From an uncultured Actinomycetota bacterium (GTDB taxonomy: Bacteria > Actinomycetota > Thermoleophilia > Solirubrobacterales > Solirubrobacteraceae), in NCBI GenBank assembly GCA_963846395.1, contig CAWJVT010000008.1, positions 775,326-839,325 on the forward strand: 64,000 nucleotides of DNA, written 5' to 3'. Below are positions 31,074 through 40,895 of this stretch, piece after piece (the stretch's first letter is position 1; every line of letters begins with the position of its first letter). Made by a program: the position numbers and the translations under genes. The notes under the pieces were generated by a model. That model was not told the origin of the DNA. It did not search any database and saw nothing but the letters and a program-made list of their open reading frames with translations.

Positions 31074-31200
31074 CCCTTGATGCTACGCAGAGGCGCCTCG
31101 CGGCCGCGCCGCTCGCGACCGTTGGCAGCTTGTCGCGACACCGATTCAGACGTAGGATGCCGATTATCTGTTTCAAGGACTATTGGGAGCGAGCCAATCA

Positions 31201-31401
31201 ATGAATGAACTCGTGGGGGTCGAGGCGACCGTGACCAATCCCACGCGAGGCGACGAAGGACCGGGAGAGGTGGACATCCCCTACAAGGGCGTCTACATCG
31301 CGTATTCGGAGGAGCCGCTCGAGCGCGGCAGAGCAGTTGTCGTGTATGAGCAACTGGGCCCGCGCAAGGTGCGCGTGGCGCCAATTCGAGAGGGGTTCTG
31401 A
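31201..31401 (+). CDS. small NfeD-like OB-fold protein lacking the usual membrane helices
   Basis: 66-aa ORF preceded by GGGAGCGA. Sequence resembles the C-terminal OB-fold of NfeD proteins, which typically accompany flotillin genes. No hydrophobic segment is present. Confidence 0.45.
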   Translation: MNELVGVEATVTNPTRGDEGPGEVDIPYKGVYIAYSEEPLERGRAVVVYEQLGPRKVRVAPIREGF

Positions 31402-32600
31402 TGCTGGGAGTTCGTATTCCACGCGCCGATGAGGCGATGCTCATCAGCGGCGGCCGCGGTGGCACCGACGGCACTCCGTTCCGGGTGGTCATCGGCAATA
31501 GCGCGTTCGTCATGCCGTTCCTGCGCAGCGCCGCGTTCCTGACGCTGCGGATGCAGGAGGCCACCGTTGAGGAGACCTGCCAGACAGTCCAGGGGATCAC
31601 CGTGAACCTCTCGGCCGTCGGTGCGTTCAAGGTCGGCGACGATACACAGAGCATCGTCGCGGCCGGTCAGCGGTTCCTGAGCGATCAGCGGCAGATGGGG
31701 GCACTTGTCGGACAGATCTTCGCGGGGCACCTGCGCGGGATCGTCGGCGCGATGACGGTCGAGGAGATCATCCGGGAGCGCCAGAAGCTCGCGCACGAGG
31801 TGCTCGATGCCTCCAAGGAGGAGCTTGCCCACATCGGGCTTGTCGTTGACAGCTTCCAGATCCAGTCGATCGATGACGCCGGCAGTGGGTACATCAATGC
31901 GCTCGCGGCACCGCACAACGCCGAGGTCCAGAAGGCAGCAGCGGTCGCACAGGCACAGGCAGACCAGGCCGCTGTCGAAGCACAGCAGAAATCCGCTCAG
32001 GCGCAGGCTCAGTACCGCCAGCAAACCGCCGAGGTCGAGGCTGCGGCCGAGGCGAAGATCAACGTCGCCAAGGCCAATGCGGAGGCCGAGACGGTCGCGG
32101 CACAGCAGGACTCGGAGCGCCAGCAGGCCGATTCGCGCAAGAGCGCAATCGAGGCCCAGGCCCAGCTGGCCGAGGAGCAGGCGGCGCTGACCGCGAAGCA
32201 GCTCGAGAGCACGCAGGTCAAGCCCGCCGAGGCTCAGGCCAAGATCGTCAAGCTGCAGGCCGAGGCCGAGGCAGAGGCGATGCGAACCAAGGCAGCGGCC
32301 GCCGCCGCGAACGGCCGCGTTGCGCTGGATCTCAAGTGGATCGAGATGATGCCTGACCTCGTCGACAAGATCGCCGACGCGCTGGGGGATTCCAACCTGA
32401 CCGTGCTGAACGGCTCCGAGGGACTGAGCGAGCTGATGGCGGGGTTCATCGTGCAGGCGGCTGCGGTATACGAGGCCGCCAAGCGCACGACCTCGGCGGG
32501 TGGGAACTTCGACGTGACGCTCGACGGTGCCGGGCCAGATGCGGTGCCGCAGGGCACCGCTCCCGCCGCCGGTGATGACGGCGCACAGGCCGCCGGCTAG
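31401..32600 (+). CDS. flotillin-like SPFH/band-7 family protein with Ala/Gln/Glu-rich coiled-coil region; no N-terminal membrane anchor
   Basis: SPFH core begins at PRADEAMLISGGRGG (the equivalent of PDEALVITG in FloT), followed by an extended AEAE/AQAQ coiled-coil. TGATG overlap with the upstream small ORF. Confidence 0.78.
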   Translation: MLGVRIPRADEAMLISGGRGGTDGTPFRVVIGNSAFVMPFLRSAAFLTLRMQEATVEETCQTVQGITVNLSAVGAFKVGDDTQSIVAAGQRFLSDQRQMGALVGQIFAGHLRGIVGAMTVEEIIRERQKLAHEVLDASKEELAHIGLVVDSFQIQSIDDAGSGYINALAAPHNAEVQKAAAVAQAQADQAAVEAQQKSAQAQAQYRQQTAEVEAAAEAKINVAKANAEAETVAAQQDSERQQADSRKSAIEAQAQLAEEQAALTAKQLESTQVKPAEAQAKIVKLQAEAEAEAMRTKAAAAAANGRVALDLKWIEMMPDLVDKIADALGDSNLTVLNGSEGLSELMAGFIVQAAAVYEAAKRTTSAGGNFDVTLDGAGPDAVPQGTAPAAGDDGAQAAG

Positions 32601-32639
32601 CGTGCGAGACGGGGCCTGCGGCCCCGCGGCTTAACGCGC

Positions 32640-32688
32640 GGCGCCCGCGCTGGTTGCCCAGCGCGGGCGCCCGATTCGGGGTTTTGTG
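32640..32688. terminator. bidirectional rho-independent terminator-like hairpin
   Basis: Perfect 14-bp stem GGCGCCCGCGCTGG ttgc CCAGCGCGGGCGCC followed by GGGGTTTTGTG. Lies between convergent genes. Confidence 0.55.
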
Positions 32689-32763
32689 ACGGAGGACCCC
32701 GGCGCTCGGTTGGCGGTCCCGGTTCCTGGTGAGGGTTCGGGCCGCTAACCGAAGTTCGTGTCG

Positions 32764-33432
32764 CTACGCGATCGGCTCCTTGGCGGCAATCGAGTCCGTC
32801 CGCTGGAGCTCATCGAAGAGGCGCTCCTCGGCGGAGGTCCGGTTCGCGTGCCAGATGCCGAGACCGATCAGGATGAGCAGCACTGCCGCGCCGGCGAATG
32901 CGGCGACTGCGCCCCAGGCCATGACGGTGCCGATCGTGCCGAAGGCATAGGCCTCGAGCAGCATGCCCCGCAGGGTGGTGCCCATGAAGGCCGTCTGACG
33001 CAGCGCTGCGAGCGAGGTGGCCTGCGCGCTACCGGGCTTGGCTCCGAGGTAAGCGCCGCTGATCTGGGAGTACACGCCGTGGTAGGGCATCGCGTACAGG
33101 TGCTGGCCGATGAAGTCGTTGGCGTAGACCTGCGACTGCTTGCCGGTGGTGACCTGCTGCCCGGCGTAGGGCTCGAGCGCCGGCACCATCAGCTTGGCGT
33201 TCGGGAATTCAGGATCGGTGACAGCCTTCTGGCCGCCCTTGGCGTACTGCGCCTTGACGGCGTTGATCTCGGTCTTCGTCGGGAACGAGATCTGCTGCTG
33301 TGCCAGCTGGTCGTGGACGTTGCTGGTGGCGAAGCTCTGTCCCCAGACGAGCAGACCGCCGGCGACCAGCATGATGACTACGAGCACTGCACCGAAGCCC
33401 GATGCGAGCCTGTCAAAAACCTTGCGTTGCAT
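32764..33432 (-). CDS. hypothetical membrane protein (N- and C-terminal TM helices, exported central domain)
   Basis: Start MQRKV preceded by a strong SD (AAGGAGGAA). Hydrophobic helices near residues 15-35 and 190-215. Confidence 0.55.
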   Translation of the reverse strand: MQRKVFDRLASGFGAVLVVIMLVAGGLLVWGQSFATSNVHDQLAQQQISFPTKTEINAVKAQYAKGGQKAVTDPEFPNAKLMVPALEPYAGQQVTTGKQSQVYANDFIGQHLYAMPYHGVYSQISGAYLGAKPGSAQATSLAALRQTAFMGTTLRGMLLEAYAFGTIGTVMAWGAVAAFAGAAVLLILIGLGIWHANRTSAEERLFDELQRTDSIAAKEPIA

Positions 33433-33627
33433 TACGGGTTCCTCCTTAATTTTTTGGGGTCCTTGGTCCTCCGAATGCACTACAAATTCTGGCCTTGCGC
33501 GGCTTTCCGGAAATCGGTGCAAGACCCGCGTCTCGCGGCGGTTCGCCCCGGTCATCGTGGGTAGTTCTCGCCGCCGCGGTCCGTAGTGTTCCCCGGTGCC
33601 GCGAGCACGGCCCGATACGATCTGCAT

Positions 33628-34191
33628 GTGACAGATCGCCTGTTCTTCACCGAGGACGATGCGGCCAACCAGCTGCTGGCTCGGGATCCGATGGCGCTCC
33701 TGATCGGATTTCTGCTGGATCAGCAGGTCACGGTGCAGAAGGCCTTCTCAGGGCCGATGGCGATCCGGGAGCGGGTCGGCACACTTGACGCCGCGGTGCT
33801 CGCCGACACCGACCTTGATGCGGTCTTCCGAGAGAAGCCGGCGATCCATCGCTTCCCCGGAGCGATGGCGAGCAAGGTGCGGGAACTTGCCGCGATCGTC
33901 CGCGACGACTACGGCGGCGACGCAGCGCGTCTCTGGACAGAGGCGGCCGACGCCGACGATCTGCGTAAACGGATCGGCGCGCTCCCGGGCTACGGCGATA
34001 TGAAGATCAAGTCGCTCGGCTCGGTGCTGTACAACCGCTTCGGCGTCAAGGTCGCCGAGGACCTTGTGCCCTCACATCCGACCCTGGGTGACGTCGACTC
34101 GCACGAGGCGCGGGCCGCCTACCAGGCGGCCAAGCGGGCTCATAAACGTTCGCTGAGAGAAAGGGGCGCCGCCGGAACAGCGGTTAAATAG
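33628..34191 (+). CDS. HhH-GPD family protein (TIGR03252-like uncharacterised base-excision-repair-type protein)
   Basis: Resemblance to the uncharacterised HhH-GPD family (ALLIGFLLDQQVTVQKAF, LPGYGDMK). Start assumed at the in-frame GTG. Confidence 0.5.
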   Translation: MTDRLFFTEDDAANQLLARDPMALLIGFLLDQQVTVQKAFSGPMAIRERVGTLDAAVLADTDLDAVFREKPAIHRFPGAMASKVRELAAIVRDDYGGDAARLWTEAADADDLRKRIGALPGYGDMKIKSLGSVLYNRFGVKVAEDLVPSHPTLGDVDSHEARAAYQAAKRAHKRSLRERGAAGTAVK

Positions 34192-34262
34192 ACGGATCGG
34201 GGCACAGATGCCTCGGGGGCGACTCCGGTTGCAATATTGACAACCAGTTGGAGGCAAGGGGC

Positions 34263-34808
34263 ATGAAACGAAACATCTCGGCGATGACTGCTGTCATCGC
34301 ATGCGTAGGCGCTTGTGCAGGCACGGCGGCAGCCAGGACCGCAGATTCATCGAAGGCAACTCAGGCGTGCAGCAAGGTGAGCCCTTCATCGGTATCGGCG
34401 ATCGTGGGTTACAAGGTTCCAGCCGCGACCGGTACGGTCATCAAGGAGAAGGCGTCCAAAAAGAACTTCGGCATCTCCTTTCAGACCCTCGACTGCATCT
34501 TCGGATCGCCGAAGAGCCTCGCTGCGCTCAAGAAATCGGTCTCCGTGTCCATCGAAACACTCTCCCGACCGCTGACAGCTTCAGAGTTGAAGAAACTGAC
34601 CCAGCAGCAACTGAAGACTGCCGGGCTGAAGGTCGAGCCATACTCCGGATTGGGAGGCACGTCGCTCTACATGACGGCTTCGGAGTCCGGTATCCACATT
34701 CAGAGCATCGTCACGACATCTGGAACCAAGGTCTACGGGGCCACGGTCGAGAACAACCTCCCGAAGTCGAAGCTCGCGAGTCTCGTGAAGCTCGCCCAGG
34801 GCCTCTAA
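34263..34808 (+). CDS. putative lipoprotein of atypical (lower-GC, Lys/Ser-rich) composition
   Basis: Signal peptide with lipobox-like VIAC/VGAC. Codon third positions are far less GC-biased than neighbouring genes. RBS GGAGG upstream. Confidence 0.55.
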   Translation: MKRNISAMTAVIACVGACAGTAAARTADSSKATQACSKVSPSSVSAIVGYKVPAATGTVIKEKASKKNFGISFQTLDCIFGSPKSLAALKKSVSVSIETLSRPLTASELKKLTQQQLKTAGLKVEPYSGLGGTSLYMTASESGIHIQSIVTTSGTKVYGATVENNLPKSKLASLVKLAQGL

Positions 34809-34822
34809 AGGAACCGACGAAG

Positions 34823-35626
34823 TTACGCGCGACGCCCGACCAGAAGGTGCGTCGTGTACGGCAGCTCGATCGTGCCGCCGTGACCTTCGATCACGGCGGC
34901 AACCTTCGCCAGCAGGGGCTCGCGCACGTCGGGATCGAGCGTCAGGTGGTCGCCGTACGTGCCGAGCAGCGCGACATAACCATCCGCGTCGTAGTCGGCA
35001 GACCATTGGTACTGGGCGCCGCGGAAGTCGGTGAAGGCGCCCTGGTCAGGCGCGTCGGCAGTCCACTCGCGCATGAGCGCTCCGTGCTCGACCTCTGCGG
35101 TCAGCATCGGACCGAGCAGACTGAGGTCGGCCCCGCTGCGTTGGTACACAGCGTCGAGCTGGTCGATCAATGCGGTCCGGCGCCAGTGCGGAACGTTCCA
35201 GAACGCGGCGAGCGTGCCACCCGGCTTGAGCACATCGGCTGCCCGCTCCCAGCGCAAGCCGGGCGCCAGCCAGTGCCACGAAGTGGGAGCGAACGCGACG
35301 TCGTAGGCCTCCGTCTCGAGTTCCGCTGACTCGAAGTCCGCGGTCTGCACGGTCACGTCCAGACCTGAGCCCTCGAACTTCTCGCGAATCAGATCCGCCA
35401 TCGCCGCTCCGGGCTCGACCGCATCGACCGCGATGCCGCGCCACGCGAACTGCGCCGTTGCCTGTCCGGTTCCCGCGCCGATCTCCAGCGCCCGCGATCC
35501 CGCGGACAGCTGCGCGTACGCCTGCACGGCGTCGACCATCTGCTCCGGATAGTCGGGACGGGCGTCGTCGTAGAGCTGGGCGGCGGCGTCGAAGCTGGTC
35601 CGCCGCTGTTCGGTGATGTCCGTCAT
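34823..35626 (-). CDS. class I SAM-dependent methyltransferase
   Basis: Motif I LEIGAGTG and overall methyltransferase-like pattern. Confidence 0.75.
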   Translation of the reverse strand: MTDITEQRRTSFDAAAQLYDDARPDYPEQMVDAVQAYAQLSAGSRALEIGAGTGQATAQFAWRGIAVDAVEPGAAMADLIREKFEGSGLDVTVQTADFESAELETEAYDVAFAPTSWHWLAPGLRWERAADVLKPGGTLAAFWNVPHWRRTALIDQLDAVYQRSGADLSLLGPMLTAEVEHGALMREWTADAPDQGAFTDFRGAQYQWSADYDADGYVALLGTYGDHLTLDPDVREPLLAKVAAVIEGHGGTIELPYTTHLLVGRRA

Positions 35627-35678
35627 CGAGGGGTCCCACCTGTTGTCGGCAGCTGCGCGGAAAACCGTAGTCGCGGCG

Positions 35679-36122
35679 TCAACGAGCCCAGCGATCCAGC
35701 ACCATCAGCGTCTTCGTGCCGGTGACACGGCCCGTGCGGCGCAGTTGGTTCACGACCGCCTTCAGGTGCTCGACGTCGTTGACGCGGATGCGCAGCAGCG
35801 CGTCGGGGTCACCGGCCATCGTGAAAACCTCCCTGATCTCTGGGATCCGCTCGACAGCGGCGAGAATCTCGTCGATATCGGCATCGCCGGCAAAGCGCAG
35901 CTCGGTGAACGCCTCGATCGAAGGGCCGATCAGCGCGTGGTCGAGTGAGACGGTGTAGCCGGTGATCACGCCCAGTTCTTCTAGGCGGTCGATGCGGCGC
36001 TTGACCGGAGCCGCCGAGAGGTTCACGTGCGCAGCGATGTCGGTGATCGTGCGCCGCGCGTCCTGGCGCAGCAGATCGATGATCTGCTCATCGAGGTCGT
36101 CGAGCTTTACGTGGCTGGGCAT
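35679..36122 (-). CDS. Lrp/AsnC family transcriptional regulator
   Basis: N-terminal HTH (LDEQIIDLLRQDARRTITDIAAHVNLSAAPVKRRIDRLEE) plus a C-terminal RAM domain. Divergent from the dehydrogenase gene. Confidence 0.85.
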   Translation of the reverse strand: MPSHVKLDDLDEQIIDLLRQDARRTITDIAAHVNLSAAPVKRRIDRLEELGVITGYTVSLDHALIGPSIEAFTELRFAGDADIDEILAAVERIPEIREVFTMAGDPDALLRIRVNDVEHLKAVVNQLRRTGRVTGTKTLMVLDRWAR

Positions 36123-36139
36123 GGCTTAACGCAGGATAT

Positions 36140-36174
36140 GCGAGTTTCCTTGCGCTGTGCGCAAGAAAACTCGC
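36140..36174. promoter_or_regulatory. 16-bp-arm inverted repeat (1 mismatch) in the Lrp/dehydrogenase divergent promoter; candidate Lrp operator
   Basis: GCGAGTTTCCTTGCGC tgt GCGCAAGAAAACTCGC. A second 13-bp palindrome GTCTGTAACAGAC lies at about 36270 near the dehydrogenase RBS. Confidence 0.4.
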
Positions 36175-36300
36175 TTCGCCGTCCGCTCCGCGCTCAAATC
36201 CTGCGCCTTGGAATCCGAAGCCTGCGAACCGGTTGTTTTCGTCCGGAGCGGGCACTTTGCTTGTGCTGTCTGTAACAGACTGAAGGGAGGCAAGGCGGCC

Positions 36301-37398
36301 ATGGCAGAGGGATGCATCGATTTCTGGCACAGCGAACAACTGGTGCTGTGTCGCGACGACGAACTGGGGTTGCGAGCTGCGATCGCGATCAATGACACGA
36401 CGCTGGGGCCCGGGCTCGGCGGTGTGCGCTGCGTGCGCTACCCGAGCGACGCGGCGGCGATCACGGAGGCTCAGCGACTGGCTGCGGCGATGACGCTCAA
36501 GAACGCCTTCGCCGGGCTCCCCTACGGCGGCGCGAAGTCGGTGATCGAGGCGCCCGAGCCGGATACCGACCGTCGGGCTCTGATGCAGCGATTCGGCGAG
36601 TTCGTGATCCGCACCGGTGGCGCATACCTCCCGGGCGTCGACATGGGCACGAGCGTCAAGGATCTGCAGGCGATGGCGGACATCGGCGCAGACGTCTCGT
36701 GCAACGACGAGGATCCTTCCCCTTGGACCGCGATCGGCGTCGCCGCGGCGGTTCGTGCCGCGATCGAGCACGTCGATCGGCGCCAGGGCATCGAGGGCGC
36801 GCGCGTACTTGTCCAGGGCGCCGGGCACGTCGGCGCGGCACTGGCGCGCGATCTGGCAGGTGATGGCGCCGAGATCATCGTGGCCGACATCAACGCCGAG
36901 CGCGCTGCGGCGGTCGCCGCCGAGGTTCACGGCAGCACCGTCGCCGCCGAAGAGGTGCTCACGACGCCGTGTGACGTCTTCTCGCCGTGCTCGGTTGCCA
37001 AGGTCGTCACCCCGGCTACCGTGGATCACCTCCGCTGCAGGATGCTGGTGGGCGCAGCCAACGACACGCTCGCCGACGCCTGCTGCGCCGATCTGCTGGC
37101 CGAGCGCGACATCACCTACGTCCCGGACTTCGTTTCGAACGCGGGCGGCGTAATCCACATCCACAGTCTGCGGGCCAATTACACCGAGAAGCGCCTGCGC
37201 AATGAGGTGTTGCAGATCGGCGCGCGCACGCGCGAGGTGCTCGAGTCGGCCTCCGGCTCCGGACAGACGCCGCTGCGGATCGCGTCCGAGCGCGTACGCC
37301 GGATCCTGACCGACGCCCGCTCCGCTGCGGACGGCGCGCGAAGCAGCGGCGCAGCGCGCCGTGGAAAGAACTCCGACCGGGCACTGACACACGCATGA
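36301..37398 (+). CDS. Glu/Leu/Phe/Val dehydrogenase family (leucine/valine dehydrogenase-like)
   Basis: GLGGVRC and GGAKS motifs and an NAD-binding QGAGHVG. Start ATG preceded by GGGAGG. Confidence 0.82.
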   Translation: MAEGCIDFWHSEQLVLCRDDELGLRAAIAINDTTLGPGLGGVRCVRYPSDAAAITEAQRLAAAMTLKNAFAGLPYGGAKSVIEAPEPDTDRRALMQRFGEFVIRTGGAYLPGVDMGTSVKDLQAMADIGADVSCNDEDPSPWTAIGVAAAVRAAIEHVDRRQGIEGARVLVQGAGHVGAALARDLAGDGAEIIVADINAERAAAVAAEVHGSTVAAEEVLTTPCDVFSPCSVAKVVTPATVDHLRCRMLVGAANDTLADACCADLLAERDITYVPDFVSNAGGVIHIHSLRANYTEKRLRNEVLQIGARTREVLESASGSGQTPLRIASERVRRILTDARSAADGARSSGAARRGKNSDRALTHA

Positions 37399-40300
37399 GC
37401 ACCGCCACGCCACTGCGCGAGCTCTCGCTCGAGGACCGCTACACCGCTGTATCCGGGCCGATCCTGCTGGACGGGATGCAGGCGCTCGTGCGGATGATGC
37501 TCGACCTGCGCTGGCTGGACGCCAAGCGCGGCCACGACACGGGTGTCTTCGTGAGCGGCTATCCGGGCTCGCCGCTGGGCGGCCTGGACCTCGAGCTGCA
37601 GCGCGCCGCCCGCCACCTCGATGCGGCCGGGATCGTCTTCCGGCCTGGCCTCAACGAGGAGCTCGCCGCGACTGCGGTCGCGGGTACGCAGCTGCTCGGC
37701 GAGTTGCCCGGTGCAACCAAGCAGGGCGTGACGGGCTTCTGGTACGGAAAGGCGCCTGGTCTTGACCGCGCCTCTGACGCGATCCGCCACGGCAACCTCT
37801 CGGGCACCGCCCCGCTGGGCGGTGCCGTCGCGCTGGTCGGGGACGACCCGATGGCCAAGTCCTCGACCGTGCCTGCGAGCAGCGAGCAGACATGCCGCGC
37901 GCTGTGGATGCCGGTGCTTGCGCCGGCGACGATCGACGAACTTCTTGAGATGGGGCTGCACGCCGTGGAGATATCCAGGCATGCGGGACTCTGGACAGCG
38001 CTGAAGATCGTCACCGATCTGGCCGACTCGTCGAGCATCGCGGACGCCGGAGCCGCGCTTGGCGTGATCCCGGCGCTCGCGCCGCGCGAGCCGCACTCAC
38101 CGCCGGTGCTGCTCTCCCCCACGAACCTCGAGGCCGAGCGCGATCTGTTCACCACGCGGCTCGAGCGCGTACGCGAGTACGCGCTCGCGGTGGGACTGAA
38201 CCGCGTGGTGTTCGAGCCGCGGCGGCCACGGGTGGGCGTGATAGCTGTGGGGATGGGCCATCAGTCGGTGCTGCGTGCGCTTGCGGACCTCGGACTCGAG
38301 TCCGACGATTGGGAGGCGCTCGGCCTGCGGCTGGTGCAGGTTTCGATGCCATGGCCACTCGATGCCGACCAGCTGCGCTCGTTCGCCCGAGACCTGGAAA
38401 CCGTGCTGGTGGTGGAGGACAAGCTCCCGTTCGTCGAGGCGCAGCTCAAGGAGGCGCTCTATCGCCTCCCGCGGGCACCGTGGGTACTCGGCAAGCAAGA
38501 CGCCGAGGGCCGCGAACTGCTGCCAGTCGGCGGCGGCGTTTCCGCAGACGACGCGGCGCGCGCGCTCGCAACGGTTCTACCCGGCGACGGCGCCCCCGAG
38601 GCGCTGGTCGCGCGGGTCCGGGCCGCGATCGAGGACCACTCCCACCCGCTCGACCGACTGGCCATCGAGCTCAAGCGCTCCCCCTACTTCTGCTCCGGCT
38701 GCCCCCACAACACCTCGACACGCGTCGGCGCCGAGCAGCTCATCGGGGTCGGGATCGGCTGCCACACGATGGTTGCGCTTGAGACCGGGGAGCGCCGCGG
38801 CCATGTGCTCGGGATGGCGCAGATGGGCGGCGAGGGTGCCCAGTGGTTCGGGCTTGCGCCGTTCGCCAGCGAGCAGCATTTCACCCAGAACCTGGGCGAC
38901 GGAACCTTCCATCACTCAGGCTCCCTGGCGATCCGAGCGGCCATCGCGTCGGGCGTCAACATCACCTACAGACTGCTCTACAACAGTGCCGTCGCCATGA
39001 CCGGCGGCCAGCAGCCGCAGGGCAACATGGCCGTGCCCGAGGTCGTGGCTGAGTTGCAGGCGGAGGGCGTGCGCCAGGTCGTGATCACCACCCCGGAGCC
39101 GGAGCGTTACCGCGGGGTGCCGCTGCCGCCGATCGCCTCTGTCCGCCACCGCGACGACATCGGCGCGGTGCAGGCGGAGCTCGCAGCGGTGAAGGGTGTC
39201 ACCGTCCTGATCCACGACGATCGCTGCGCGACCGAGAAGCGCCGGATGCGCAAGCGCGGTCAGCTCGAGACGCCGGCCGAGCGCCCGTTCATCAACGAGC
39301 GCGTGTGCGAAGGTTGCGGAGATTGCGGCGAGAAATCCTCATGTCTGTCGGTGCAGCCGGTACAGACCGAGTTCGGGCGCAAGACCCGGATCCACCAGAG
39401 CTCGTGCAACCTCGATATGAGCTGCATCAAGGGCGACTGTCCGTCGTTCCTGCTGGTCGAACGGGTGACCCCCCGCACACGGGCGGCCGTTCGGGCCGCA
39501 CCTGAGGACCTACCCGAGCCCGCGCTCAGGGTTCCGGAGGATGCGCTGATTCGGATGCCGGGGGTTGGTGGTACCGGTGTTGTGACGGCGGCAGCGATCC
39601 TGCGCACCGCCGCCCATCTTGAAGGCCGCTACGCCGCCGCGCTGGATCAGACCGGGCTCGCCCAGAAGGGCGGACCCGTTGTCTCGGACCTGCGTCTGGC
39701 CTCGGCGCCCATCAGTGGCCAGGTCCGGGCCAGCCGCGGCGGCGTCGACGTCCTGATCGGCTTCGATCTGCTGGGGACCGTCACGCCCCAGACGATCGAG
39801 GTGGTGGACGAGAGGCGAACGGTGGCGATCCTGAACACCGATGTCTCGCCAACCGCGTCGATGGTGCTCGACGTGAGCGCGATGGCTCCTGAGCCCGAAC
39901 GCCTCGTCACCCGCGTACGGCGCATGACGCGCGGCGATGAGGCAGTGGCGATTCCAGCCGAGACGCTCTCCGAGCAGCTGTTCGGCAGTCATCTGCAGGC
40001 CAACATGCTGCTGATCGGTGCTGCCTATCAGCACGGCTGTCTGCCGCTGCGAGCGGACGCGATCGAGCGCGCGATCGAGCTGAACGGAGCTTCTGCCGAG
40101 GCGAACATCGCCGCGTTCCGCTGGGGACGGGTGGCTGTCGCGCGGCCGGAGCTGCTCCCAGCTGTCGGCGCTGACGCGGTCCCGGACGGCGGGAGTGGCG
40201 AGGATGCCGGCGCCGCGCGCGAGCGCTCGCTGGCCGACCTGCTCGAGCACTACGAGAATGAGCTAACGGCCTACCAGAATGCCGATTACGCCGCCACCTT

Positions 40301-40895
40301 CGGCGCCGACGTGCAGAGCGTCGCCGCGCTCGTCCAGGAGCGGCTTGGGGCGGGCGGCATCGAGATCGCCAAGGCCTACGCCGACGGCCTCTTCAAGCTG
40401 ATGGCCTACAAGGACGAGTATGAGGTCGCTCGACTGCATCTCGACGCTGTCGAGCGCGCCAGGCTGCAGGCCGAGTTCGGCGAGGGCGCCCGCGTCAAGG
40501 TGCTGCTGCACCCGCCCGTGCTGCGCGCGCTGGGGATGAAGCGCAAGCTCAAGCTGGGCCGCTCGGCCGTGCCCATGTTCCGGGCGCTGCGTGGCTCGCG
40601 ACGCCTGCGCGGAACCATGCTTGACCCGTTCGGACGCACCAAGGTGCGCAAGGTGGAGCGGGCGCTGATCGACGAGTACCGCGGACTTGTGGTACAGGCA
40701 CTCGGCCGGCTGGTGCCCGACACGGCCGCCGTCGTCATGCAGATCGTGCAGCTGCCCGATCTGGTGCGCGGCTATGAGGAGATCAAGCTCGCCAACGTCG
40801 AGCGGATGCAGGCCCGGGCACAGGAGCTACTCGGACAGCTGAACGCCACCGCGGCCGGCGGTGCCGCGCTCGAGCTGATCCCCGCACAGCACTGA
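37395..40895 (+). CDS. indolepyruvate ferredoxin oxidoreductase family protein (fused alpha/beta, 1166 aa); probable branched-chain 2-oxoacid:ferredoxin oxidoreductase
   Basis: TPP-binding region, a ferredoxin-like CxxCxxC segment (CEGCGDCGEKSSC...CIKGDC) and the typical length of fused IOR-family proteins. ATGA overlap with the dehydrogenase stop. Confidence 0.82.
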   Translation: MSTATPLRELSLEDRYTAVSGPILLDGMQALVRMMLDLRWLDAKRGHDTGVFVSGYPGSPLGGLDLELQRAARHLDAAGIVFRPGLNEELAATAVAGTQLLGELPGATKQGVTGFWYGKAPGLDRASDAIRHGNLSGTAPLGGAVALVGDDPMAKSSTVPASSEQTCRALWMPVLAPATIDELLEMGLHAVEISRHAGLWTALKIVTDLADSSSIADAGAALGVIPALAPREPHSPPVLLSPTNLEAERDLFTTRLERVREYALAVGLNRVVFEPRRPRVGVIAVGMGHQSVLRALADLGLESDDWEALGLRLVQVSMPWPLDADQLRSFARDLETVLVVEDKLPFVEAQLKEALYRLPRAPWVLGKQDAEGRELLPVGGGVSADDAARALATVLPGDGAPEALVARVRAAIEDHSHPLDRLAIELKRSPYFCSGCPHNTSTRVGAEQLIGVGIGCHTMVALETGERRGHVLGMAQMGGEGAQWFGLAPFASEQHFTQNLGDGTFHHSGSLAIRAAIASGVNITYRLLYNSAVAMTGGQQPQGNMAVPEVVAELQAEGVRQVVITTPEPERYRGVPLPPIASVRHRDDIGAVQAELAAVKGVTVLIHDDRCATEKRRMRKRGQLETPAERPFINERVCEGCGDCGEKSSCLSVQPVQTEFGRKTRIHQSSCNLDMSCIKGDCPSFLLVERVTPRTRAAVRAAPEDLPEPALRVPEDALIRMPGVGGTGVVTAAAILRTAAHLEGRYAAALDQTGLAQKGGPVVSDLRLASAPISGQVRASRGGVDVLIGFDLLGTVTPQTIEVVDERRTVAILNTDVSPTASMVLDVSAMAPEPERLVTRVRRMTRGDEAVAIPAETLSEQLFGSHLQANMLLIGAAYQHGCLPLRADAIERAIELNGASAEANIAAFRWGRVAVARPELLPAVGADAVPDGGSGEDAGAARERSLADLLEHYENELTAYQNADYAATFGADVQSVAALVQERLGAGGIEIAKAYADGLFKLMAYKDEYEVARLHLDAVERARLQAEFGEGARVKVLLHPPVLRALGMKRKLKLGRSAVPMFRALRGSRRLRGTMLDPFGRTKVRKVERALIDEYRGLVVQALGRLVPDTAAVVMQIVQLPDLVRGYEEIKLANVERMQARAQELLGQLNATAAGGAALELIPAQH

